From Flavobacteriales bacterium (GTDB lineage: Bacteria; Bacteroidota; Bacteroidia; Flavobacteriales_D; Sanyastnellaceae), in the NCBI GenBank assembly GCA_049616325.1, contig JBMZHG010000006.1, positions 3,846 to 67,845 of the forward strand: DNA of 64,000 nt. The letters are read 5' to 3'. The notes below the pieces were generated by a model. The model saw nothing but the letters and a program-made list of their open reading frames with translations, was not told the DNA's origin and did no database searches. This document shows, piece by piece, positions 33,763-43,624 of the stretch; the first letter of the stretch is position 1; each line of letters starts with the position of its first letter. Position numbers and translations under genes: made by a program.

Positions 33763-35015
33763 GCGGTCAAGTTCGCCACTTGAGCAGCGACTTTCCAAGC
33801 TTGGGTGACGTCTTGAATCAAATCTTCGGGATGCTCCAAGCCGACCGACAAACGGACGAAGCCTTCGGTGATGCCGGTTCGGGCCTTCACCTCGGACGGC
33901 ACGCCTGCGTGCGTCATGCTGGCAGGATGTTCCGCGAGGCTTTCAGTGGAGCCGAGGCTGACGGCAAGTTTGAAGACTTGCAGCGCGTCGAGGAAGGCAA
34001 ACGCCCCGTCGCGGCCTCCCGGAACCTCCAAACCCATCATGGCGCCCCCTCCGAGCTGTTGCGCTTCAGCGGTGGCGACGTCTTGTCCCATTTGGGCCAA
34101 ATCCGCCAGCCACGCCGACTTCACGGCAGCGGCCCCGCACATCTCACGCAGGTGCGCCAGCAGGATCCCGGCAGAGCGCTGTTGGCGTTCCATCCGCACG
34201 TGGAGCGTTTCCATGGAGCGCGCGAGCATCCAGGCCGTCCAAGGATCAATCGTTCCGCCTAAAAAGGTGCGGAACTCTTTCACCTTGGCCACGACGTCGG
34301 CGGCTCCGGAGGCGCCCCCGGCAATCAAATCGCTGTGGCCTCCCAGGTACTTCGTGGCCGAGTACAGCACCAAGTCAGCGCCGTGCTCCAGCGGGCGTTG
34401 CAGCACCGGTCCCAGGTAGGTGTTGTCGACCATCACCACGATGCGGTGATCGTCCGTGCTGTGCTTCGCCGCCCATTCCGAAGCCGTTCGGATGCGCTGG
34501 ATTTGCATCGTCGGGTTGGCCGGCGTCTCGAGGTAAACGATGCCTGGGCGGTTGCCGCCCTGAGTTTCCAAGGCGGAATCCAGCTGATCCAGGTGGTCAA
34601 TTTCGTGAACCTCGCGGCCCATGGAGGGGAGGACTTCTTCGAGAAAGTGGTGGGTGCCGCCGTAGAGCGGACCGACAAACCACACCGGGCGGTGGGCGTC
34701 CGACCACGCCAAAAGCGACGTCGTGATGGCGGCCATGCCACTGCCAAACAACGCCGCTTCTTCGCTGTCGTCCCAGGCGGCCAAGCGCGCTTCCGCCATG
34801 CTCACAGTGGGGTTGCCGAGGCGGCTGTAGATGAACCCTTCCGGAGGCGTAGCTGCGCCTTCCACGCCGTACGCCGTTTCCATGTGAGCGGCGCCGGTGC
34901 GCGCGTCCGGGAAAACAAACGTCGAGGCGGGGTGCATCGGAGGCTTCACCGCCATGTTGGCGTCGGAGGGACGGTATCCCGCGAACATTGCGCGGGTCTC
35001 AAGGTGGTTGTTCAT
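33759..35015 (-). CDS. Cys/Met-metabolism PLP-dependent enzyme (methionine gamma-lyase / cystathionine gamma-synthase family)
   Basis: 'SATKYLGGHSDLIAGG' (PLP-lysine motif). 418 aa from ATG 35015. The longer track ORF (to 35411) runs antisense through the lrp gene and was trimmed. Confidence 0.9.
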   Translation of the reverse strand: MNNHLETRAMFAGYRPSDANMAVKPPMHPASTFVFPDARTGAAHMETAYGVEGAATPPEGFIYSRLGNPTVSMAEARLAAWDDSEEAALFGSGMAAITTSLLAWSDAHRPVWFVGPLYGGTHHFLEEVLPSMGREVHEIDHLDQLDSALETQGGNRPGIVYLETPANPTMQIQRIRTASEWAAKHSTDDHRIVVMVDNTYLGPVLQRPLEHGADLVLYSATKYLGGHSDLIAGGASGAADVVAKVKEFRTFLGGTIDPWTAWMLARSMETLHVRMERQQRSAGILLAHLREMCGAAAVKSAWLADLAQMGQDVATAEAQQLGGGAMMGLEVPGGRDGAFAFLDALQVFKLAVSLGSTESLAEHPASMTHAGVPSEVKARTGITEGFVRLSVGLEHPEDLIQDVTQAWKVAAQVANLTA

Positions 35016-35048
35016 GGCTCTAATTTTAAAAGAATGTCCATGAAATGA

Positions 35049-35084
35049 TTTTACAAACAGAACAAATGCATTAAAATTGTAAAA
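35049..35084. promoter_or_regulatory. inverted repeat TTTTACAA-N20-TTGTAAAA in an AT-rich divergent control region (candidate Lrp/AsnC operator)
   Basis: The 129-nt intergenic region 35016-35144 is far more AT-rich than its surroundings. The inverted-repeat arms lie at 35049-35056 and 35077-35084. Confidence 0.35.
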
Positions 35085-35144
35085 AAAGAAGGCAAATGTT
35101 TTGACAAGCCTTGATTCCAGGCGAACAAAACAGAACAAACCCAC

Positions 35145-35582
35145 ATGGACGCTCTCGACAAGGCCATCCTCGACCACCTCGAATTCGACGGACGCAGCAG
35201 CATGCAGGACCTCAGTGAACTCACTGGACTGAGTCGGAGCGCGGTGTTTGCCCGGGTCAAACGGATGGAGGACAGCGGGGTGATTGGCGGCTACACGGTT
35301 CGTGTCAACCGCAAAAAGCTTGGAATGGAGATTCGGGCGTACTGCAACATCACGCTGAAGCTGCACGAACGCGAATTGCTCGAGGAATTTGAGGGCAGCA
35401 TCGGTCGCCACCGCGAAGTGCGTTCATGCTTTCATTTGGCGGGGTCGTTCGACTACCTCGTCGAAGTGGAGGTGCCCAACATGGAGGCGTACCACAGGTT
35501 CATCACCCAGCGTTTGGCGGCGATGCCCAACATCGCCACGGTCCAAAGCATGTTCGTCATGAAAGACATCCTCACGTCGTGA
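35145..35582 (+). CDS. Lrp/AsnC-family transcriptional regulator
   Basis: HTH 'LDKAILDHLEFDGRSSMQDLSELTGLSRSAVFARVKRMEDSGVI' plus a RAM/AsnC_trans_reg C-terminal domain. 145 aa. Confidence 0.9.
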   Translation: MDALDKAILDHLEFDGRSSMQDLSELTGLSRSAVFARVKRMEDSGVIGGYTVRVNRKKLGMEIRAYCNITLKLHERELLEEFEGSIGRHREVRSCFHLAGSFDYLVEVEVPNMEAYHRFITQRLAAMPNIATVQSMFVMKDILTS

Positions 35583-35594
35583 GGAACGAGCAGG

Positions 35595-36782
35595 TCAGGC
35601 TTCGATGGCGGCAATGCCGGGAAGGACTTTGCCTTCCAAAACCTCAAGCATGGCGCCGCCGCCGGTGCTGACGTAACTGACTTGGTCGGCGAGCCCAGCC
35701 TTGTTGATGGCCGCCACCGAGTCGCCGCCACCGATCAACGTGAAGGCACCGTGGTCGGCCGTGACTTGGGCAAGTGCCGCTGCAACGTCGTTGGTGCCGC
35801 CCGCGAAGGCGTCCATCTCGAACACACCCATCGGGCCGTTCCAAAGAACCGTGCGGCTTTCCAGCACGGCCTTCACGAACCGCGCACGTGTGTCCGGCCC
35901 AATGTCCAGACCCATCCAATCGGACGGGATGGCGGAAGTCGGGTGGATTGCCGTGTTGGCGTCGGGGGCAAAATCGTCGGCGCACAACGTGTCTGAAGGC
36001 AACAGGAATTCCGTTCCCGCGGCCTCGGCCTTGGCCAAGATCGCGCGAGCCTTGTCGAGCATGTCGTCCTCGACGAGGCTTTGGCCTACCTCCCCGCCTT
36101 GCGCCTTGACAAACGTGTACGCCATCCCGCCGCCCACGATGAGTTTGTCCACCCGGTCCACGAGGTTCTCGAGGATGCTCAGCTTGCTGCTCACCTTGGC
36201 GCCGCCAATGATGGCAAGCAAGGGTTGGGCGGGGGTGGTCAAAACCTTGTTGAGGGCTTCCACTTCGCCTTGCATCAACAACCCAAACGCCTTGTCCTCC
36301 GGAAAAAACTTCGCAATGACCGCGGTGCTCGCGTGGGCGCGGTGGGCTGTTCCGAACGCGTCGTTCACGTACACGTCTCCGCTCTCGGCGAGTTGTCCGG
36401 CAAAGAACTCGTCGCCGGCTTTCTCTTCGCCGTGAAAGCGCAAGTTTTCGAGCAGGGCTACCTCGCCCGGCTTCAACGTTTGAGTGACGTCCAAGGCTTT
36501 GTCGCCCACGCAGTCCTCTGCAAATTGAACAGAACGGCCGAGCAGGTTGGACAACGTCGGCACCACGTGCTTCAACGACAGGTCTGGGCTCGGTCCCTTG
36601 GGCCTGCCGAGGTGACTCATGAGCACCACCGAGGCACCGCCGTTGAGGAGCGCCTGAATGGTGGGGACAGCACGGCGAATGCGCGTGTCGTCGGTCACGT
36701 TTTGGGCGTCGTCAAGGGGCACGTTGAAGTCGACGCGCACGAGCGCGCGCTTGCCTTGGAGGTCGAGGTCGTTCAAAGTCAT
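35595..36782 (-). CDS. pgk: phosphoglycerate kinase
   Basis: 'KRALVRVDFNVPL', 'MSHLGRPKG', 'GGGDS'. 395 aa. Confidence 0.95.
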   Translation of the reverse strand: MTLNDLDLQGKRALVRVDFNVPLDDAQNVTDDTRIRRAVPTIQALLNGGASVVLMSHLGRPKGPSPDLSLKHVVPTLSNLLGRSVQFAEDCVGDKALDVTQTLKPGEVALLENLRFHGEEKAGDEFFAGQLAESGDVYVNDAFGTAHRAHASTAVIAKFFPEDKAFGLLMQGEVEALNKVLTTPAQPLLAIIGGAKVSSKLSILENLVDRVDKLIVGGGMAYTFVKAQGGEVGQSLVEDDMLDKARAILAKAEAAGTEFLLPSDTLCADDFAPDANTAIHPTSAIPSDWMGLDIGPDTRARFVKAVLESRTVLWNGPMGVFEMDAFAGGTNDVAAALAQVTADHGAFTLIGGGDSVAAINKAGLADQVSYVSTGGGAMLEVLEGKVLPGIAAIEA

Positions 36783-36813
36783 GGGGTCGGGTCAGGTCGG
36801 AGATTCAGGAAAT

Positions 36814-38346
36814 TCAAGCGGAAAACAGGCTGGCCATGCTGACGAGGCCGTCCACGTAGGCGTTCAGTTCGGCAATGGCAATGCGCTCTTGCTGCATGGT
36901 GTCGCGGTTGCGTACCGTGACAGCGTGGTCGTTGAGCGTGTCGTGGTCCACGGTGATGCAGAGTGGCGTCCCGATGGCGTCTTGACGACGGTACCGGCGT
37001 CCGATGGCGTCCTTCTCGTCGTACTGCACGTTGTGGTGCAGTTGCAGCTGGGCGAGCACCTCGCGGGCCTTTTCGGGGAGGCCGTCTTTCTTGATCAGCG
37101 GCAGCACCGCGGCCTTCACGGGCGCCAAGGCAAACGGGATGGCCATCACGGTGCGCTCGCTGCCGTCTTCGAGCGTCTCCTCGCGGAGCGCGCTGCTGAG
37201 CACGGCGAGGAACATGCGGTCGAGGCCGATCGAGGTTTCGAGCACGTAGGGCACGTAGCTCTCTTGCGTCTCGGGGTCGAAGTAGCGCAGCTTCTTGTTG
37301 CTGTACTCCTCGTGTTGCTTGAGGTCGAAGTCCGTGCGCGAGTGGATGCCCTCGAGTTCTTTGAAGCCCATCGGGAAGTTGAATTCGATGTCGCACGCAG
37401 CGTCCGCGTAGTGGGCCAGCTTTACGTGGTCGTGGAACCGGTAGTTCTCCTCGCCGAGGCCAAGGGCTTTGTGCCACTTGATGCGAGAGTCCTTCCAGTG
37501 GTTGTACCACTCCTCTTGCGTGCCTGGCTTGATGAAGAATTGCATCTCCATCTGCTCGAATTCACGCATGCGGAAGATGAACTGGCGTGCGATGATCTCG
37601 TTGCGGAAGGCCTTGCCAATCTGCGCAATGCCAAACGGCAACTTCATCCGCCCGCTCTTCTGCACGTTCAGGTAATTCACGAAGATGCCTTGCGCCGTTT
37701 CTGGCCGGAGGTAGACCACGCCGGAGTCGCCGCTGACGGCGCCGAGCTCGGTCTTGAACATCAGGTTGAACTGACGCACGTCGGTCCAGTTCTTCGACCC
37801 GCTGACCGGACAGGTGATGCCGAGGTCTTCGATGAGGGTCTTCACGGCCGCGAGGTCCTCGGCGTCCATCGCCGCTTTGAAGCGGGCGTTGATGGAGTCG
37901 ATGTCGCCTTGGCGGCGCAGGACTTGGGGGTTGGTGCTGCGGAACTGAGCCTCGTCGAAGTCGTCGCCAAACCGCTTCTTGGCCTTGGTGACGTCCTTGT
38001 TGATTTTGGCCTCAATCTTGGCAATGTGCTCCTCGATCAGCACGTCTGCACGGTAGCGCTTCTTGCTGTCCTTGTTGTCGATGAGCGGATCGTTGAAGGC
38101 GTCGACGTGGCCGGAGGCCTTCCACGTGGTGGGGTGCATGAAGATGGCGGCGTCAATCCCGACGATGTTCTCGTTCATGCGGACCATGGCCGTCCACCAG
38201 TACTGCTTGATGTTGTTCTTCAGCTCGCTGCCGAGTTGGCCGTAATCGTACGCCGCGCTGAGGCCGTCGTAGATCTCGCTGCTCGGAAACACAAAGCCGT
38301 ACTCTTTGGCGTGGCTGATGATTTTCTTCAATCCGTCGTCGCTCAT
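36814..38346 (-). CDS. glyQS: glycine--tRNA ligase (class II, homodimeric type)
   Basis: 'AKEYGFVFPSSEIYDGLSAAYDYG..G', 'YLRPETAQG', 'GKAFRNEI'. ATG 38346 gives 510 aa. Confidence 0.93.
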   Translation of the reverse strand: MSDDGLKKIISHAKEYGFVFPSSEIYDGLSAAYDYGQLGSELKNNIKQYWWTAMVRMNENIVGIDAAIFMHPTTWKASGHVDAFNDPLIDNKDSKKRYRADVLIEEHIAKIEAKINKDVTKAKKRFGDDFDEAQFRSTNPQVLRRQGDIDSINARFKAAMDAEDLAAVKTLIEDLGITCPVSGSKNWTDVRQFNLMFKTELGAVSGDSGVVYLRPETAQGIFVNYLNVQKSGRMKLPFGIAQIGKAFRNEIIARQFIFRMREFEQMEMQFFIKPGTQEEWYNHWKDSRIKWHKALGLGEENYRFHDHVKLAHYADAACDIEFNFPMGFKELEGIHSRTDFDLKQHEEYSNKKLRYFDPETQESYVPYVLETSIGLDRMFLAVLSSALREETLEDGSERTVMAIPFALAPVKAAVLPLIKKDGLPEKAREVLAQLQLHHNVQYDEKDAIGRRYRRQDAIGTPLCITVDHDTLNDHAVTVRNRDTMQQERIAIAELNAYVDGLVSMASLFSA

Positions 38347-38443
38347 GTCTTCGTGTGTTTTGGGGAGGGGCCAACCCTTGAGGCCTGCGCGCTCCGCGCG
38401 CGAAGGTACGCCGCGGGTCGGACACCCCAAGATTTGTTCCTGT

Positions 38444-38451
38444 TACATTTG
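38444..38451 (+). promoter_or_regulatory. perfect TAnnTTTG box (TACATTTG), 5 nt upstream of the gpsA ATG
   Basis: 'TTACATTTGCGGCCATG'. Confidence 0.4.
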
Positions 38452-38456
38452 CGGCC

Positions 38457-39443
38457 ATGAACGTCGGCATCCTTGGAAGCGGGAGTTGGGCCACAGCCAT
38501 TGCCAAAATGCTGTGCAACAACGTGGACACCCTCCATTGGTGGGTGCGCAGCCAGGACACCGTCGACGAGTTGATGACCTACGGCCACAACCCGCGCTAC
38601 ATCCAAAGCATCAGCTTTCCCAGGGAAAAATTGCGGGTGACCACCGACATGCAAGCGGTGGTGGACGCGTGCGACGTGTTGTTGGTGGTGATTCCCAGTT
38701 TGCATTTGGACAGCGTGTTCCGTGAGCGCGAGCTGAAAGGCATGGAGGGCAAAATCTTGTTCTCGGCAATCAAGGGCATGGTGGCGGAATACGACAGCAT
38801 TCCGGCGCGCTACCTGCACAAGCGGTTTGGGACCCCGTACGAGAACATCGGCATTGTGTGCGGTCCGTGTCACGCGGAAGAGGTGGCGCGCGAGAAGCTG
38901 AGCTACCTGACCGCGGCGTGCCCCACAGAATCCCACGCGGAGTGGTTGGCTGAGCGGCTTGAAACCCGGTTCATTCGAGTCCAAACCAGCGACGACGTCT
39001 TCGGCGCGGAGCTTGCAGCCGTGTTGAAAAACGTGTACGCGATCGCGGCGGGCATCGCGCACGGCCTTGGGTACGGCGACAACTTCATTAGCGTCCTGGT
39101 CAGCAACGCAAGCCAGGAGATGAAGCGGTTCCTCGCGGCGGTTCACCAAATCGACCGCGACGTCAAGGGCAGCCCCTACCTCGGTGATTTGCTTGTCACG
39201 GCGTACAGCCCGCACAGCCGAAACCGCACGCTCGGAACCATGATTGGAAAGGGCTACACCGTCAAGTCCGCGATCCTCGAAATGGACATGGTTGCCGAGG
39301 GTTTCACGGGCTCTCAGGGCATCCACGCGCTGAACCAGAAGTACGACGTGGACATCCCCATCGCGGAATCGGTGTACCGCATCCTCCACGAGAAAATGGC
39401 GCCCTCCATCGAGATGCGTTTGCTGAGCGACGAGCTTTCTTGA
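38457..39443 (+). CDS. gpsA: NAD(P)H-dependent glycerol-3-phosphate dehydrogenase
   Basis: 'VGILGSGSWATAIA', 'GPCHAEEVA', 'KNVYAIAAG', 'SPHSRN..LG'. Confidence 0.93.
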   Translation: MNVGILGSGSWATAIAKMLCNNVDTLHWWVRSQDTVDELMTYGHNPRYIQSISFPREKLRVTTDMQAVVDACDVLLVVIPSLHLDSVFRERELKGMEGKILFSAIKGMVAEYDSIPARYLHKRFGTPYENIGIVCGPCHAEEVAREKLSYLTAACPTESHAEWLAERLETRFIRVQTSDDVFGAELAAVLKNVYAIAAGIAHGLGYGDNFISVLVSNASQEMKRFLAAVHQIDRDVKGSPYLGDLLVTAYSPHSRNRTLGTMIGKGYTVKSAILEMDMVAEGFTGSQGIHALNQKYDVDIPIAESVYRILHEKMAPSIEMRLLSDELS

Positions 39444-39523
39444 CCTCTTTTGGCGGCTCGCTTGGGCAACCTGAGTCGCGCGCGCGGTGTTTTCACGTTG
39501 AGCCTGTCCGTATTTTCGTCTCA

Positions 39524-42500
39524 ATGCCCCACCCTGTTTCACGTGTTTTGGTCCTTCGATGGGCGGTTTGGGTTTGCGCCCTGAGCGCCTCTTGGGGGAT
39601 TTCAGCCCAAACCTCCGGCGGCCTCCACTGGCTCCCCAACGACGGGCAATGGGAGATGCCGGTGCGCATGCGCGCCGACTGGGCGGGCGGGGTGACCTGG
39701 CTTGAAGCGGACGGGATGAACATGTGGGTGGCAGGCGAAGGTTACGCAGAGCTTTGGGACCACCACTTTGAAGGCGCCACGGCGCCGGCGGGCGACTTGG
39801 TCAGCCACGGATGGCGCGTGACGTGGGAAGGTTCCAGCCTGGACGCACCGCACGAGACCTTGGCCGAAGCCGGCCACCGCGTGAACATTTACAAAGGGCA
39901 GGACCCTTCCCGGTGGGCGGAAGGGTTGGTGCCGGAGACGCGTTTCAAGTTGCACGACGTGTGGCCTGGAATCGATTTGCGGGTCGGTCCCCGTTCGCCG
40001 GGAGACCGCGAAGCGCTGCCTGGGCCGGGGTGGAAGGAGGACTGGATTTTGCAACCGGGAGCCGACCCCGACCATCTCGCGGTGCGCCACGACGGCGTGG
40101 ACCTTTCCCTGCAGCCGGACGGCAGCCTGTACATCCAACTCGGCGCCACGGCCGAGGCGAGGTGGGGCGTCCCGTACGCTTACCAAACTCAGGCGGGGCA
40201 CATCTCGGAAGTCGAGGTGGCCTACGTGTTGGACGGCACGACCGTGCGCTTCGAGCTTGGCCCGTACGACGCCGCCCTGCCCCTTGTGATTGACCCCGAC
40301 ATCGTCTTCGCCACGTACATCGGGGCCACGCAGCCCAACTGGGGCTTCACGGCGGCGTACGACGAAGACGGCCGGGCCATTGGCGGCACGGCCCTTTGGG
40401 ACGGAGACTTCGGCACCTACCCCACGACGGCAGGCGCGATCAGCACGGGAATGACCTTCGACACGGCCCCGTACGACTGCGGGCTGTCGGTGTTCAGTCC
40501 GGACGGCACGACCCTCGAATACAGCACGGTCTTCGGCGGGCAGCGCTTGGACGTCCCGTCGAGCATCGTGACGGACAGCCAGGGCGCGATTTTCGTGCTC
40601 GGCACCACCGGCTCGTCCGACTTCCCCGTCACGGCCGGGGTGTACGACGGGACCTTTTGCACCAACACGTCCGTCAACCTCAGCGCTTGCTGCAACTACC
40701 CCGGCGACGGCGACGCCCTGCCGCAGGGTTCGAGCCTGTTCGTGATGAAATTCAACCCCGTGGCGGGCGGGAGTTCCCTGGACGCCTCCACCTTTGTGGG
40801 GGGATGCAACGGGCCTTCGGGCGTGAACCGCGGGCAGGTCCTCGCGTACAACTACGGCGACGTCTTTCGTGGCGAAATCAACGTCGACTCACAGGACCGG
40901 CCTTGGGTGGCCAGCGTGACCGGCGCCTCGGACTTCCCGGTTGTCAACGCGCCGTTTCCGGCCTACGGAGGAGGTTCGACGGATGCGGTGGTGTTTCGGT
41001 TGTCGTCCGACCTCAGCGCCTTGGAGTGGTCGACGTTTCTGGGCGGCTCGCAAGACGACGCGGGCTACGGCATCCAGTTCACCCCGGGCGGAGAACCGGT
41101 GGTGTGCGGCGGCACGACCTCCGGCAACTTCCCGGTGCAGCCGGACGGCCACGACACGACCTACGGCGGCGTGAGCGACGGGTTTGTCGTGCGCATTGCG
41201 GCCGGAGGCGGGGCGGTGACGGGCGGGACGCTGTTTGGCACCAACAACTACGACCAAGCGTACTTCGTGCAGATCGACGCGGTCAGCCAGATCTACCTCT
41301 ACGGCCAAAGCATCGGCAACAAACCGATTACGGCGGGCACGTACAGCGACAGCCCGCAGGCCGGTCAGTTCGTGGCGTGCTATTCACCCGCGTTGGACAA
41401 CTTGGAATGGCACACGCGGGTAGGTGATCCCGGGAATGTGGGCAGCGTGGACATCAGTCCTACCGCGTTTTTGGTCAGCGATTGCGGGGAGATTTACCTT
41501 AGCGGGTGGGGGGGATCGACCAACAACACCAGCCCTTACATCTTCTCGTCGGGCACCAACGGCATGCCGGTCACCTCGGACGCGTTCCAAACGAATACGA
41601 ACGACGGCGATTTTTGGCTTGGGGTGATGAGTCCGGGTGGCACGGAGTTGAGTTATGCGACGTTCTTCGGCGGCGGTCAATCGGCCGAGCACGTGGACGG
41701 CGGCACGTCGCGTTTCGACAAGGACGGCACGGTGTACCAAGCCATGTGCGCGGGCTGCGGCGGGAACAGCGATTTGCCCACGACGCCGGGCGCCTGGAGT
41801 TCCACCAACGACAGCTTCAATTGCAACCTTGGGTTGTTCAAATTCGAGCTCGGCGAACTGAACGTGGGCATTGACGTGGCCACGCCTGGCGTTCTGTGCG
41901 ACGGCCTCGACGTGGAATTTGAGAACACGTCGACGCCAGGCTACGAGTACATCTGGACCTTCGACGACGGCACGACAAGCAGCGAGTACGAACCCACCCA
42001 CACCTTTCCCAACCCAGGGTCGTACACGGTCATCTTGACGGTCATTGATCCGGCCGGGTGCCTCGATCCGGTCGACACGGAGATTGACGTCAACATCCAG
42101 GCCCCGCCCTCGCCGAGCATCATGCCGGTGGACCCGGTGTGCGAAGGGGAGACGGTGGAACTCATTGCCAACGGTTCTCCGGACTTGGTTTGGACGGCCA
42201 ACCCTTACTTGGGAGACCTCACGGTGGCCGTGCAACAGGTGACGCCACCTCCGGGAGTGACCACATTCAGCGTCACCGACGTCAACACCTGCGGTGAAGG
42301 CTCTGCTTCGATTGACGTGGTGGTGCAGGCGGTGGCCGCGGAAGTGACCCCGTCGAGCACGGCGATTTGCTTGGGCGAAAGCGTCACGTTGATCGCCGAA
42401 GGCGCGACCAGTGCCACGTGGTTTCCCACCGCAGGGCTCGACAACCCCAACGCGACCACGGTGCAGGCCTCCCCGTCGGAGACAGTGACGTACACCGTGG

Positions 42501-43525
42501 TGCTGACGGACAACCTGGGCTGCACAGGGGAAACCGAGGCGACGGTTTCGGTGGTCCCGGGTCCGCCGGGGGATCAGGTGTACCCGACCGTGACGATCTG
42601 CGAGGGTTTTGGCATTCAGTTGCCCGGTGCCGAAGGCGACCAATGGTTGTGGAGCCCGGCCGAATTCGTCAGCAACCCCAACGTGCAGTTCCCGTACGCC
42701 ACGCCCGACGCGACGACGACGTTTACGGTGTCCATCGTCAACCTCTGCGGCATCGGGTCGGACGAAGTGACGGTCGAGGTTCGTGTGCCGGAGGCGTACG
42801 CAAGCGAAGGCGGAGGCATGTGCCGCGGAGACGTGTTTGAGCTGTCGGCCGAGGGCAACGACCCCAACTCGACGTTCACGTGGGCGCCGGCTGATTTGGC
42901 CACCTCGCCCAACAGCGCGACTACCTCAGTCTTCCCGATTGTCAACCAAACCTTCACGGTTTACGTCACCGACAGCGAGGGGTGCACGGCCAGCGATCAA
43001 GTGACGGTGTACGTGACGCAGCCACCGGGCCTCACGGCCGGGCCGGACCGCGAGGTGGCGTGGCTCGACACGGTGCAATTGCTTGGACAGGCGCCGGATT
43101 TGGACGTCTATTGGACGCCGGCCGAAAACTTGGATTGCAGCACGTGCTTGGAGCCGATTTTGACGGTTGTGGAGCCGGGCTGGTACGTGCTGAACGCCGT
43201 CGACACGACGGGGTGCGTGGGCCGGGATTCCACCTACGTGGACGTGTATTACCCGGTGTATTTGCCGACCAGTTTCACGCCCAACAACGACGGGATCAAC
43301 GACGTGTTCGCGGCGGTCGGGGAAGATTTGCGTGGGTACTGGATGCGGGTCTTCAACCGGTGGGGCGAGCTGGTTTTTGAGTCGGACGACCCCGAGGAGC
43401 CCTGGCAAGGCAACGTGCTCGGAGGGGACCACTACGCACCCGACGGCGTGTATTTGTGGCAAGTGCGCATCGAGCGGTTGGACGGGCCTGTTCTGCTTCA
43501 AGGCCACGTGCATTTGTTGAGGTAG
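39524..43525 (+). CDS. large secreted protein with beta-propeller-like repeats, a PKD domain and a T9SS type-B (gliding-motility-associated) C-terminal domain
   Basis: Signal 'MPHPVSRVLVLRWAVWVCALSASWGISAQ'. PKD-like 'VEFENTS..GYEYIWTFDDGTTS....PTHTFPNPGSYTVILTV'. C-terminus 'LPTSFTPNNDGINDVF......L....M.VFNRWGELVFES'. The box TATTTTCG lies 5 nt upstream of the ATG. Confidence 0.88.
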   Translation: MPHPVSRVLVLRWAVWVCALSASWGISAQTSGGLHWLPNDGQWEMPVRMRADWAGGVTWLEADGMNMWVAGEGYAELWDHHFEGATAPAGDLVSHGWRVTWEGSSLDAPHETLAEAGHRVNIYKGQDPSRWAEGLVPETRFKLHDVWPGIDLRVGPRSPGDREALPGPGWKEDWILQPGADPDHLAVRHDGVDLSLQPDGSLYIQLGATAEARWGVPYAYQTQAGHISEVEVAYVLDGTTVRFELGPYDAALPLVIDPDIVFATYIGATQPNWGFTAAYDEDGRAIGGTALWDGDFGTYPTTAGAISTGMTFDTAPYDCGLSVFSPDGTTLEYSTVFGGQRLDVPSSIVTDSQGAIFVLGTTGSSDFPVTAGVYDGTFCTNTSVNLSACCNYPGDGDALPQGSSLFVMKFNPVAGGSSLDASTFVGGCNGPSGVNRGQVLAYNYGDVFRGEINVDSQDRPWVASVTGASDFPVVNAPFPAYGGGSTDAVVFRLSSDLSALEWSTFLGGSQDDAGYGIQFTPGGEPVVCGGTTSGNFPVQPDGHDTTYGGVSDGFVVRIAAGGGAVTGGTLFGTNNYDQAYFVQIDAVSQIYLYGQSIGNKPITAGTYSDSPQAGQFVACYSPALDNLEWHTRVGDPGNVGSVDISPTAFLVSDCGEIYLSGWGGSTNNTSPYIFSSGTNGMPVTSDAFQTNTNDGDFWLGVMSPGGTELSYATFFGGGQSAEHVDGGTSRFDKDGTVYQAMCAGCGGNSDLPTTPGAWSSTNDSFNCNLGLFKFELGELNVGIDVATPGVLCDGLDVEFENTSTPGYEYIWTFDDGTTSSEYEPTHTFPNPGSYTVILTVIDPAGCLDPVDTEIDVNIQAPPSPSIMPVDPVCEGETVELIANGSPDLVWTANPYLGDLTVAVQQVTPPPGVTTFSVTDVNTCGEGSASIDVVVQAVAAEVTPSSTAICLGESVTLIAEGATSATWFPTAGLDNPNATTVQASPSETVTYTVVLTDNLGCTGETEATVSVVPGPPGDQVYPTVTICEGFGIQLPGAEGDQWLWSPAEFVSNPNVQFPYATPDATTTFTVSIVNLCGIGSDEVTVEVRVPEAYASEGGGMCRGDVFELSAEGNDPNSTFTWAPADLATSPNSATTSVFPIVNQTFTVYVTDSEGCTASDQVTVYVTQPPGLTAGPDREVAWLDTVQLLGQAPDLDVYWTPAENLDCSTCLEPILTVVEPGWYVLNAVDTTGCVGRDSTYVDVYYPVYLPTSFTPNNDGINDVFAAVGEDLRGYWMRVFNRWGELVFESDDPEEPWQGNVLGGDHYAPDGVYLWQVRIERLDGPVLLQGHVHLLR

Positions 43526-43624
43526 CGTTTCGTTCTGTTGTCGACATCGTTGTCCACAATCCGTGGTGGGCGCCGCGGTTGAATGGGGTGTGGATTTTCC
43601 GACCTCGATTTCTACCTTTCTGCC

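Noticed and set aside
35016-35144. SAM or other riboswitch upstream of the methionine-gamma-lyase-family gene (and a TPP riboswitch upstream of thiL at 4707-4763)
   Set aside because: The regions are too short (129 nt and 57 nt) and lack the conserved GC-rich helices of SAM-I/II or the TPP 'CUGAGA' core. The first looks like a protein-operated AT-rich promoter.
35016-35411. N-terminal 132-aa extension of the PLP-enzyme ORF (track ORF 33759-35411)
   Set aside because: It runs through the AT-rich promoter region and antisense through the Lrp/AsnC gene. The family-typical N-terminus 'MNNHLETRAMFAGY' starts at 35015.
36658-38460. 600-aa plus-strand ORF opposite glyQS
   Set aside because: Antisense shadow of the glycine--tRNA ligase gene. 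The translation is V/L/A/E/H-rich with no motifs.
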